Source: Promethearchaeota archaeon (lineage in GTDB: Archaea; Asgardarchaeota; Lokiarchaeia; Sigyniarchaeales; SOKP01). Taken from it: DNA of 32,000 bases. The notes under the pieces were generated by a model that ran no database searches, was not told where the DNA came from, and worked only from the letters and a program-made list of their open reading frames with translations. This document shows, piece by piece, positions 16,409 through 25,770 of this stretch. Positions within the stretch are counted from its first letter, which is position 1. Each line of letters starts with the position of its first letter. Location of the stretch: the NCBI GenBank assembly GCA_030606485.1, contig JAUWGH010000004.1:300001-332000 (forward strand), written 5' to 3'. The position numbers and the translations under genes were made by a program.

Positions 16409-18082
16409 TTAAATTTGATTCATTGCCCATTCCATTTCGAAATATAACTTTTGGAAATCTTCAGGATCTTTAATTTTCTTTTTATTATTTTTAACGCCAA
16501 TTATTGCTTCAAAAAAATTATTTAATCTTCTTAAATTTGATTTTGAAATATTGGTTTTTCCTTTTACCATAATAATTAAATTAATTATATTTTCTACAGT
16601 AAAGGCTCGACCTTTTAATAAAGAATTGATTTTTCTCTCAAGCCTTCTGAATAGTAAAGTTAATGCTTGATTAAATTTACGATTATCTTTATACCAATTA
16701 ATTTTTCTTGCAAAGAAGGAAGAGGTCCGGAATTTCAATGTTTCTTCTTTCTTTTCCTCTTTTTTTTCTATCTCTTTTTCTTCTTCTTTAGCTTCTTTAG
16801 GTAAATATCTTTTAAGGGTATAAATTCCCAGTAATGGATAAATAAAGGCAGTTAGAGGATTTGTTGATAAATGAATTACATAACCAAGATAAAGGCCAAA
16901 AACGCCTGCAGATGATACATCTGGCAAATTTTCAGGTCTTATATGAGCCTCATCAAAAGCGATTATATAATTTGAAGGATTTCCAAAGGTAAGCCAGTTC
17001 AAAATATTTAATGCAAATTGTTTATTATCATAATTATCATTATTTATTAGTTCATTATCAAATAAACTGGCATCTGCAGAACAGAATATACGGGAATGGC
17101 TTCCAACATCAGTTGCCATGAATACTGCTTGCGGGTACCCTCCTAATGGTATTGTAAAATCGCCTTTAATACCTAAAAATTCACCCATACCTCCAAATAA
17201 GGTATATCCATCATTTTCACTAGTATATATTCCATCTCCGTTTCTATCTACAAAGCTATATTGACTTGATTGGCCAATTAAACTCCATCCAAACATTTCA
17301 ATAAATGGGCCACCTAAAGCACAAGATGATCTACTTAAAATTACATTGGAAATTCCTTGGGTTGTTGGGTGAAATTGGAAATTTGTTATAATAGGGAATG
17401 TTGGATTTTTGTCATATGAAGCATTATCACGCAAAATTCCTTCAGGAAATATAGTTACGGGGAATGATCCAGCACTTGTAATTGCAATTTGATATAATAA
17501 TTCTGATGTACTTCCATGATCATGACATACAAATAGGGAGTTATTTCCTTTCATAAAATCAATAAAAAACGGAATTTCATATAATGGATTATAAAAACGA
17601 TTTGCTCCCATTATAATTAAAACTACAGGTTTATCAAGTCTCTGAGTTGCACTTAAGTCAGTTTGAATTGAAAAAACATTGTAACCATTCGCTTCGAGTG
17701 TATCTTTCAATTCAGAACATCCATTCCATTGAGAATTATGTATAGAAAAATTATGATCATTTTTTCCTTGATCTATTATAGAAGATAATAGAGGTATGAA
17801 AGATAAAACGAAAATTATAAGGAATAAACTCTGTTTCCAACTAATCTTCACTTTTTTCTCTGATTTTGCCTGTCGGGTTTTTAATTTTCTAGAAGCCATA
17901 ATGAAAATTATAAGTCTAATTCCAATGATTCCGGCACCTAAGAAACATACCATTGGAAGGAAACTAACAAAATAGGGAGCATTCGTAACAGTAGACAATT
18001 GAATTCCCACTATTATTAAATACACAGTAAAAAAAATATAAACTATGTATTTTGAAACTACAACACTTTTTCTTTCTGGCAT
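16409..18082 (-). CDS. Membrane protein with an extracellular DUF4350/GldG-like domain
   Basis: Three N-terminal TM segments, FSIHNSQWNGCSEL, IFCSADASLFDNELI...DNKQFALNILNWL, IAFDEAH, then a C-terminal TM and a cytoplasmic helical tail. Confidence 0.65.
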   Translation of the reverse strand: MPERKSVVVSKYIVYIFFTVYLIIVGIQLSTVTNAPYFVSFLPMVCFLGAGIIGIRLIIFIMASRKLKTRQAKSEKKVKISWKQSLFLIIFVLSFIPLLSSIIDQGKNDHNFSIHNSQWNGCSELKDTLEANGYNVFSIQTDLSATQRLDKPVVLIIMGANRFYNPLYEIPFFIDFMKGNNSLFVCHDHGSTSELLYQIAITSAGSFPVTIFPEGILRDNASYDKNPTFPIITNFQFHPTTQGISNVILSRSSCALGGPFIEMFGWSLIGQSSQYSFVDRNGDGIYTSENDGYTLFGGMGEFLGIKGDFTIPLGGYPQAVFMATDVGSHSRIFCSADASLFDNELINNDNYDNKQFALNILNWLTFGNPSNYIIAFDEAHIRPENLPDVSSAGVFGLYLGYVIHLSTNPLTAFIYPLLGIYTLKRYLPKEAKEEEKEIEKKEEKKEETLKFRTSSFFARKINWYKDNRKFNQALTLLFRRLERKINSLLKGRAFTVENIINLIIMVKGKTNISKSNLRRLNNFFEAIIGVKNNKKKIKDPEDFQKLYFEMEWAMNQI

Positions 18083-18114
18083 ATTTTAAAGATGATTTTA
18101 TCTTTTTAATTTAA

Positions 18115-18480
18115 TTAAAATCTGAATTGTTTTCCAGTTATTTCTGTATAGACTTTTGAAAACAAACTTAATGTGGCTTTGAAATCAGTTTCAGTAGGTT
18201 CAACTCCTCCGTATATCGTTTCCTCAATTTTTTGAATGAATGGATAAATAATTTCTGGATTTTGGCCTAATTTTTTTACGCAAGTTATTGCAAATTCACG
18301 AATAGTTTCGAAAAATTTTCTTGGTTGGCCAAATTTTTGCCGGATTAAATCAGTATAAATTAAATAAATGTATGCAATAGATTCTTTCATACGATTTGTT
18401 TGATTTAATACTTGTATATTCCTTTTTTTACTTTCTATATCAAAAATGGGTTGTGATTTCTTTTTTTTACTTTTTGCCAT
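18115..18480 (-). CDS. Small soluble DUF4129-like helical protein
   Basis: ETIREFA...IEETIYG pattern; paralogous to the C-terminus of the upstream gene. Confidence 0.6.
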   Translation of the reverse strand: MAKSKKKKSQPIFDIESKKRNIQVLNQTNRMKESIAYIYLIYTDLIRQKFGQPRKFFETIREFAITCVKKLGQNPEIIYPFIQKIEETIYGGVEPTETDFKATLSLFSKVYTEITGKQFRF

Positions 18481-18538
18481 ATCATTTCACTATTTTTATT
18501 TTTTTATATTTTTTTTCAATTTTTTATTTACCATATTA

Positions 18539-20110
18539 TTATTTCAATGTAATTTTATATCCGGTAAAATCATAAAATAATGTAATAAACTGAGAGAAAA
18601 TTTCTTCAAAATCTTCTTCACTAATTTTACCTCCACTTCCATATAAAATTTGTTCAATTTTTTTTATGAAAGGATATATTTTTGAAGGCGGAAGCCCCAT
18701 ATCTCTAACACATTTAATGGCATAATCATTAATCGTTTCATTAGACTTCTTTATTACTCCATATTTAGCTTCACTAAGTTGTAAAAAGACATAAAATAGA
18801 TAAACAACTGATTCTTCACGCCTATCGGTATCTTTAAGTATAGTTATGTTTTTTAACTTATTTTCGAGAGGGATTTGGACAACTTTAGGCTCAGCAGCTT
18901 GTCTCTTACTAAAAAAATAAACGGCAGTAATAATTCCCGCTATTATTACAATTAGAATAATAATTGTAACTGGATTAATTAATAATCCGCCCGGGGGAGG
19001 TGGTTCAGCACCAGCAGTGACATTAACAATGATTGATGATTTTACTGGGAGATGGAGGAGATTATCAGTTGAAACAGTTAATGTACCATTTCCTGATGGC
19101 ATAAAATTAAATGAAAAACCACCACTACTATTTGTTGTTAAATTTTTAATTAAAACTCCACCAAATTCAATATTAATTGATCTGTTAAATATTTTAAAGG
19201 AGGAATTTGTGGATGATGTTAATTCTCCTCGAACAGTTATATTCTGCACTTCGGTGATGTTCTTAGGTATATCCCATTTGCATGTGAAGTTTGAAAATAC
19301 CAATAAATTATTAATTATTAAACTTGATTCATAAATGTTTGGAGAACCGGTGAAATTAAGAACCAGCTCAATTGAACTCCAACTAGTAGAAGGGAGAGAA
19401 ATTTGTCCAGAAAAAAGTCCATTTAAATCGGTTGTTATAGTGCCTTGGTGTGAGTCTGAACCATTGATTCTCCAATATGCATCTACATCTGTTGTAGAAA
19501 TTCCAGAATTATTATCAAAATATAAATTTCCTTTAATTTTATAATTTTCACCATTAACTTTAGGATTATAGTTTGTCTCTTTATAGAACATTTTTGAGTC
19601 TGCTGAAACATAAATAAGGTAATAGTGATTGTATTTCGTATTTTTAGGATCTGTTACATTTATATTGATTATATGTGATTGATAGATATTAACCCACATA
19701 GGTATTTTTGTTGTTATTGTAAAATTTCCAGTTGAGTCTGTTACATCTTTTGCACCAATACTTTCTCCAAAATCTATTCCATCGAAAATTAATGTAACAT
19801 TTACATTGGGTTGACCTCCACCTAAAAAAGGGTTATATACAATTCCCTTTACTGTTATTGATTCATAATGCTTAAAATGTGAATTATTTACTTCAGTTGG
19901 ATTTGTTAAATTTAAAAAATAACTATATACTATACTTGGTCTTGGGCTTAGACCTTTTTCGATTTTATTTTCATTTATTAAAGTTTTATTTGAATAAAAT
20001 GAAACATTTAACCAAATTATGAAAAATGTAATTATTATTATGAGAAGAAGTTTCATATTTTTTAAGTTTTTGTAGGGATACAATTTATTTTTCACCTTAA
20101 TTACACCCAT
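18539..20110 (-). CDS. Membrane-anchored protein with Ig-like extracellular domains and a cytoplasmic DUF4129-like domain
   Basis: N-terminal hydrophobic segment, an N/S/T-rich beta region with many N-x-S/T sequons, a PPPPGG linker, a TM helix, and C-terminal ETINDYA...IEQILYG. Overlaps the upstream gene by 10 nt. Confidence 0.65.
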   Translation of the reverse strand: MGVIKVKNKLYPYKNLKNMKLLLIIIITFFIIWLNVSFYSNKTLINENKIEKGLSPRPSIVYSYFLNLTNPTEVNNSHFKHYESITVKGIVYNPFLGGGQPNVNVTLIFDGIDFGESIGAKDVTDSTGNFTITTKIPMWVNIYQSHIININVTDPKNTKYNHYYLIYVSADSKMFYKETNYNPKVNGENYKIKGNLYFDNNSGISTTDVDAYWRINGSDSHQGTITTDLNGLFSGQISLPSTSWSSIELVLNFTGSPNIYESSLIINNLLVFSNFTCKWDIPKNITEVQNITVRGELTSSTNSSFKIFNRSINIEFGGVLIKNLTTNSSGGFSFNFMPSGNGTLTVSTDNLLHLPVKSSIIVNVTAGAEPPPPGGLLINPVTIIILIVIIAGIITAVYFFSKRQAAEPKVVQIPLENKLKNITILKDTDRREESVVYLFYVFLQLSEAKYGVIKKSNETINDYAIKCVRDMGLPPSKIYPFIKKIEQILYGSGGKISEEDFEEIFSQFITLFYDFTGYKITLK

Positions 20111-23100
20111 GGCAACCTAATTCTGAATTCTAATATAAAATTATCTCCATAATAAGTAGCAAATACTCTATCAGCAAGATCCCATCCCGATTGTATTGTA
20201 ATATATCCCCAAAATTCACCTCCGACTAAAGTAGTATAAGATATTTCTGCATATACATATCCTTGGGAATCTTCAAGAGTCATATTTACATCATATCCAA
20301 CCATAGCAATTCCATTATCCCAAGTTAAATTTCCGTGAATTGTAATTATTTCACCCTCACCAAAATAATCTTCAAAATAAGAATCATAGTATCCATCAAT
20401 TATATTGGTTCCAGCGGAAACATTAAGGACTTTTGGCATGCTACTATTTGAGATCATATAATCATTGAGGTTTATGCTACAAAATGGATCTGGATGATCA
20501 ATAATTGTTCCATTAAAATCAACCCGTATATCATATTTACCATATGGTATCGATATATTGACTTTGAATATAAACATGTAATCCCAATTAGTATTCTGAG
20601 ATATAATCATAGAAGGATAATAACCAGCTTGGAAGATAAGATAATCGGAGTAATCATTTGAATTATTAAATAATTTAATTGTAACTTCCACTTGCTTCAT
20701 TTTTATATTATTATATGTATCCTTAACAGACCCAGATACATTTATCCAATCAATGTTTCTAATAACAACATCATTCTTAACAACAGAAATTTCTACATTT
20801 TTACTTCCATTCAATATAATAAAAGTATAATTTAGGAAATCATAACCATCCAATTGATATAATACTTTGATTTTATGAGGACCTACGACCCATGATTCAT
20901 TTATGTTAGATATAAACTCTATGTATCCATCTTCATCTGTTTGGCCAGAATTTAATAACCTATTTTCATAAACATCGTATAGAAATACATCACCATATTG
21001 CTCAGGATTCTCGCCACACATTACTTTTACTGTGAAATTAACATTATCATTACGGTTAAAGGATTGAGGGGGATAATTATTATCATAAGTAGGTAATGCT
21101 TCATTTCCATCTATCCAAAGAGCAATTGAGATACTATAAGGATCTTTTATTTTTAAATCCATTATAGTAGATGTTGATGTATTAATATAGGTAAGGAAGA
21201 AATTATGCGGAAAATCATTGTCTTGATTTAAATAATAAAAGGTTCCATTAAAATCAATTCTTAAGGAATAATTTCCAGCCGGAATAGTATTACTTACATC
21301 AAAATTTAGATCAAAGGTACCATCTGCACCACAATAATAAGGATTAGTGCTAGGATATATAGGAATGAGTTGTGTATTGAATTTATTATTATTTTTAATT
21401 AAATTTACAGTAATTTCTGCATATTTTATAGGTCTATTATAAAGATCATCAACAATTGTACCTTTTATATTAAACGCAGTGTCTATTGAACCACTTCGAT
21501 TAATAATATTTGGAACAGGCTTTGGTGGATTTATTTCTATTCTGATGGCTTCATATATAATGAAATAAGAGTAATTCTTTAAACTGCCCAATTCCCATTC
21601 CGCATAAACCAAATGTGGTCCTGCCAATAAATCACCGGCGTTTAAATAATATGTAATATTTGCACATCCATTCTCATCTGTAGTTTTTACACCTATTTCG
21701 GAATTATTTGTTTCATCGAAAAATCTGACTAATTCTCCCTCTAAAGGACCGCTTCCACCTTGAAGATTAATTTTTAAATTTAATTCTTGAGTTCTTTTTA
21801 CAATTGGTTGTTCATACTCAGAAGTTGAAGTTCCATTTATCCAGAAATCAAGGATTTGAATATCTGGAGCTTCAATTTTTAAATCCATCACTGTAGATGT
21901 AGATGTGTTTATATAGGGAAGATTGAAAAGATATGGATAATCTTGACTTAAGTAATCAAATATTCCGTTAAAATCGATTCTTATAGAATAATTTCCAGGA
22001 AGAATGTTATCATCAACATTAAAATTTAGATCAAACGATCCATATTCACCACAATCAAAAAGAATAGGATATGGAGGTTGTAGATAGCTAGAATAATCTA
22101 CTAAATTCTTAAATAATCTTACAGAAACTTGTGCATATTTTATGGGATTATTGTTTGTGTCATCTAGAATAGAACCTTTTATATTAAATGTGTAATCACC
22201 CACATCAATTCGATTAATAATATTAGGAACCGGTCTTGGTGGATTAAGATCTATTCTAACATTATCATCCAATATAAAATATGAATAATTCTCTTGACTA
22301 CCACATTGTGCATAAATTAAATGAGGTCCTGCTATTTTATCATAATCTAAATTATAATTAAAGAAGATCTCTCCATTAAAGTTAGTATCTTCAGTATGTA
22401 TTGGTGGTCCTAAAGGATCTTCTGTAATATCGTATAAATTAATTGTTCTCCCTTGTAAAGGCCCACCACTTAATGAATATAATACTACTCTCAATTCAAC
22501 CGAAGTGTTTCTTTTTACTCTAGGATTAGAAAAATCATCAGAGGGATACCCATTAATAAATAAATCTAAAAAGATAGCATCGGGATTTATAATTTGAACA
22601 GAGATTTCTGAACTAGAATCACTTAATTGAGGATATGAATAAAATTGAGAAAAAACTCCAGAAAGAAATCCGATTTGAAATGATCCGTTAAAATCAACTC
22701 TAATACCATATGTTCCGCTCACTACATGATCATTCACATATACAATAATGTTATAATCTCCATCATTATCAGTTAATTCAGAATCGGGAGTGAATGCTAG
22801 TGAAATCTTATTATTAGATGAATCTAAGAGTATAAATTCCACCTCTCCATTAGAAACTCCCTTTCCGTTTAAGGGATCAAAAAGTACTCCCATTATTCTA
22901 GTATTACTGCTAACGGTTTTATCAATAATAGTGGGATCAACATCAGTAAGATTTACTTCTATGGGTGCATTTAGAAAATAAATAGTGTAATTAATAGTAA
23001 ATCCCGTAGATGCTTGAATTAGATGGGGTCCTGCAACAGTCTGATCGTTAATATCAACTATTATGGAGCATTTACCATCATTATTTGTTATTCCTTCACC

Positions 23101-24516
23101 TAAATTTGGATTATTTTCCGTTGAATCCTCAAAAATAATAGTTATTCCCTCTTGAGGGGTTCCGTCTGAAAAAAGTTCTGCAATAATTTCAACTGAATCC
23201 CCGCGAATTACGGGAGTAGTTGTATTAGTATAAACATTTAATTCCATTTCTTCAAAAGTTAAGGGATTTCCTCCTCCAAAGCTTTCAAATAAAACATCCA
23301 TTTCAGTCCAGACACCAGATCCATCAACAGCTAATGGAACATAAATTTCTGACCATGAATAAAGATTTAACCTTCTAATTATCGAATAGTTTTTATCTTC
23401 TTGAGCATTATAATGTTCGCTCGGATAGATAGGGAATTTTCGAGAATTGAAACCATCAACATATCGACTTGCAATTCCAAACGCACGAGCAAATGCTGTA
23501 AAAGTTGCAGCAAAATCAGAGAAAATTCCAGATTGTTCACCACAAAACCATTCAACTACGTCTTGTCCATGAGCGGGGCGATTATAAGGAGGAAGGACAT
23601 CAATATCAAAATTTTCTTGCAAATAATTTCTAATTTTATTAGCTTTTACATATGCATTATCTGTAGAATTAATAATTGCATCTAATGCATCATAATGGCT
23701 TTTAAAATTTGGATTATTTAAGATATATCCTGGTATGCCTCCTGGGTCTGGTAATTGATAATATTGATCTTTTATCGCATTAGGAGTATAAGTTTCCATA
23801 ACAGCGGAAGTATTTAATTCAGTTGGACTCATAACGGATTCGCTAAATAAATCATATGTAAGATTACAAGAATATGCTTCATCAAAAGAAAAGCTCATTG
23901 ATGCTACATTGAAAATATCTTTATATAATAGAAGAGAACTTTCATCAAATTCAGGTGACCATGGATCTACCCATGAATGCTCCCACGGATGATCCATAAT
24001 GTAAGGTGTAGGGAATAAGGCGGGAATTACCAATGAATTTTCTCCTGCTGTTGCATCAATTGGATATTTTATTCTTATTATATCTCTATCTGAATAGTCA
24101 TTATTATAATCATGCCAGTAAGTAAATTCTGTTGGGCTTACCCCAGATACTGATTGGGACCAACTCCCATCGTTATTATATTCATCCGCTACAGAGAATT
24201 TCCATAGCCAAGATTCATCAAAAGGATCATAATCTTCAATATAAAAAACTGCTTCTCCAGCGTGTTCTAGGAGGTCATCATAATCGAGAAGATCCGTCAA
24301 ATTAAACATATCAAATGCAATATCGAATAATTCTGCCTCTTCTTCTGGTGCATTTGCTAATTCATCTGATGGAGTTGTTCTTATACCGAATATTAGCCCA
24401 AATAAAGCTATAGAGCCCAAATATAGCCCAAAGAGTAAGATAGCTATTAATATTATTGAAATAGCTTGCTTTATTGTATTTCCTTCAGTAATAAGCTCCT
24501 TTCTTCTCTCAGACAT
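20101..24516 (-). CDS. Large surface protein with a transglutaminase-like domain (apparently catalytically degenerate) and about four ~240-aa Ig-like repeat modules
   Basis: N-terminal TM; TGase-like segment FSDFAATFTAFARAFGIASRYVDGF...YSWSEIY...WTEMD; recurring (A/V)GPH and RIDFNG/RVDFNG motifs. Confidence 0.8.
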   Translation of the reverse strand: MSERRKELITEGNTIKQAISIILIAILLFGLYLGSIALFGLIFGIRTTPSDELANAPEEEAELFDIAFDMFNLTDLLDYDDLLEHAGEAVFYIEDYDPFDESWLWKFSVADEYNNDGSWSQSVSGVSPTEFTYWHDYNNDYSDRDIIRIKYPIDATAGENSLVIPALFPTPYIMDHPWEHSWVDPWSPEFDESSLLLYKDIFNVASMSFSFDEAYSCNLTYDLFSESVMSPTELNTSAVMETYTPNAIKDQYYQLPDPGGIPGYILNNPNFKSHYDALDAIINSTDNAYVKANKIRNYLQENFDIDVLPPYNRPAHGQDVVEWFCGEQSGIFSDFAATFTAFARAFGIASRYVDGFNSRKFPIYPSEHYNAQEDKNYSIIRRLNLYSWSEIYVPLAVDGSGVWTEMDVLFESFGGGNPLTFEEMELNVYTNTTTPVIRGDSVEIIAELFSDGTPQEGITIIFEDSTENNPNLGEGITNNDGKCSIIVDINDQTVAGPHLIQASTGFTINYTIYFLNAPIEVNLTDVDPTIIDKTVSSNTRIMGVLFDPLNGKGVSNGEVEFILLDSSNNKISLAFTPDSELTDNDGDYNIIVYVNDHVVSGTYGIRVDFNGSFQIGFLSGVFSQFYSYPQLSDSSSEISVQIINPDAIFLDLFINGYPSDDFSNPRVKRNTSVELRVVLYSLSGGPLQGRTINLYDITEDPLGPPIHTEDTNFNGEIFFNYNLDYDKIAGPHLIYAQCGSQENYSYFILDDNVRIDLNPPRPVPNIINRIDVGDYTFNIKGSILDDTNNNPIKYAQVSVRLFKNLVDYSSYLQPPYPILFDCGEYGSFDLNFNVDDNILPGNYSIRIDFNGIFDYLSQDYPYLFNLPYINTSTSTVMDLKIEAPDIQILDFWINGTSTSEYEQPIVKRTQELNLKINLQGGSGPLEGELVRFFDETNNSEIGVKTTDENGCANITYYLNAGDLLAGPHLVYAEWELGSLKNYSYFIIYEAIRIEINPPKPVPNIINRSGSIDTAFNIKGTIVDDLYNRPIKYAEITVNLIKNNNKFNTQLIPIYPSTNPYYCGADGTFDLNFDVSNTIPAGNYSLRIDFNGTFYYLNQDNDFPHNFFLTYINTSTSTIMDLKIKDPYSISIALWIDGNEALPTYDNNYPPQSFNRNDNVNFTVKVMCGENPEQYGDVFLYDVYENRLLNSGQTDEDGYIEFISNINESWVVGPHKIKVLYQLDGYDFLNYTFIILNGSKNVEISVVKNDVVIRNIDWINVSGSVKDTYNNIKMKQVEVTIKLFNNSNDYSDYLIFQAGYYPSMIISQNTNWDYMFIFKVNISIPYGKYDIRVDFNGTIIDHPDPFCSINLNDYMISNSSMPKVLNVSAGTNIIDGYYDSYFEDYFGEGEIITIHGNLTWDNGIAMVGYDVNMTLEDSQGYVYAEISYTTLVGGEFWGYITIQSGWDLADRVFATYYGDNFILEFRIRLPWV
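20700..23200 (-). repeat. Intragenic degenerate tandem repeat, about 710-740 nt period, roughly 4 units
   Basis: GPH motifs occur near 23050, 22330, 21620 and 20880. DNA similarity is visible, e.g. ttaaaatcaattcttaaggaataatttccag (~21250) versus ttaaaatcgattcttatagaataatttccag (~21970). Boundaries are approximate. Confidence 0.75.
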
Positions 24517-24747
24517 ATATTTGTATTCTCATAAAGATTATTATATATTTGTAATAACATAAAAATAAAAATAGAAATATATAATTTAGCTGTATTTCTA
24601 GAAATGTAGAACATTCAAATTTTTTTATTTGCTGATTAGATATTAAAATTTAACAAGAATATTTACAAAATCAGAAAAACAACTAGAAGAAATTAGAAAA
24701 AAAGAGATAAAATATATTATTCGAATAAAAAGAATTTAGATAAACCT

Positions 24748-25629
24748 TTAAAATTCATAGCCACATTTGGTGCATATATTTTTCTTTGCGTAAATTGGTT
24801 TAGGAATGTAGGACACTATTTTGGTTTTGTCTTCAACCTCTTTAATCGCAGTAGAGCCACAATTAGGGCAAACTCTTCTTATTCCAGTACCTAATCCAAT
24901 TGCGGGAGATATTATTGGTTCAGTTGAAGGCATTGAGGGTGTCGGTTCAGTTGAAGGTATTGAGGGTGTTGGTGCTGGTGTTGGCATAGTAGGTTGTTGG
25001 CTAAAAGGATAAGGACTTGTAGAAGCAAGTGTAGAAGGCATTACAGGTTTTGGCTCTTTTAATTCTTCAATTCTTTTATTTTTTGCTGAAATTTCTTGGG
25101 TTAATTCATTTACTTTTGCTTGTATTGGACCAATTTGTTGTTTTAATTGAACATTTTCAGCCGAAAAGTAACGTGCTTGAGTTTGTGCTTCTGCTAATTG
25201 TGTTTGTAGTTGTTGAATATGTGAATTGAGTTGATTTACCTGATTTTTATGGACTTCCATCGATTGCTGGAGAGTAGCAAGTTGTTGGTTTAGTTGATTA
25301 ATTTGAGCATCCTTTTGAGTTGCAATATTTTGTAATTCATTAATTTGATTATTTTTATTTTGCAGTTCGGTCTCTAACTGGTTAATTTGCCTATTCAAAT
25401 CTTGTACTTGAGTTTGAATTTGACCTATATCTACTGAAGATATTTGGGTGGATGGCAATGGTGGTTGTGGCGCTGGAGGGGGAGAAGGTGTTTGTACTGG
25501 GGGAGGAATCGGTGGACTTATCGGAGGCGGGATTTGAGTAGGGGCTGGTGGTGGAGGTGTGTATGGAGGTGCTCCTAAAGGTTTTTTTTCCTCTTCTTCT
25601 TCTTTTTCAGGATCACGTTCATCTGACAT
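24748..25629 (-). CDS. Pro-rich / Gln-rich coiled-coil / C-terminal C4 zinc-ribbon protein
   Basis: Acidic N-terminus, polyproline tract, a ~120-aa heptad Q/L-rich region, a P/S/T linker, then CPNCG...CTKCG. Confidence 0.75.
   Translation of the reverse strand: MSDERDPEKEEEEEKKPLGAPPYTPPPPAPTQIPPPISPPIPPPVQTPSPPPAPQPPLPSTQISSVDIGQIQTQVQDLNRQINQLETELQNKNNQINELQNIATQKDAQINQLNQQLATLQQSMEVHKNQVNQLNSHIQQLQTQLAEAQTQARYFSAENVQLKQQIGPIQAKVNELTQEISAKNKRIEELKEPKPVMPSTLASTSPYPFSQQPTMPTPAPTPSIPSTEPTPSMPSTEPIISPAIGLGTGIRRVCPNCGSTAIKEVEDKTKIVSYIPKPIYAKKNICTKCGYEF
24917..24970. repeat. 27-bp tandem duplication (2 copies, 25/27 identical) encoding TPSIPSTEP/TPSMPSTEP
   Basis: ggttcagttgaaggcattgagggtgtc followed by ggttcagttgaaggtattgagggtgtt. 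Confidence 0.9.
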
Positions 25630-25770
25630 TTTAAATCATTTAAATTATTTTAAAATAATTCTCTAAGTAAAAAATAGATAGACATTTAAATTTATATATT
25701 TATAGGTCGCTTAAAAAAAATTTAATGTATAGAGAAAAAAAAATTTAAAAAATTTTTTAGATTAAAATGA

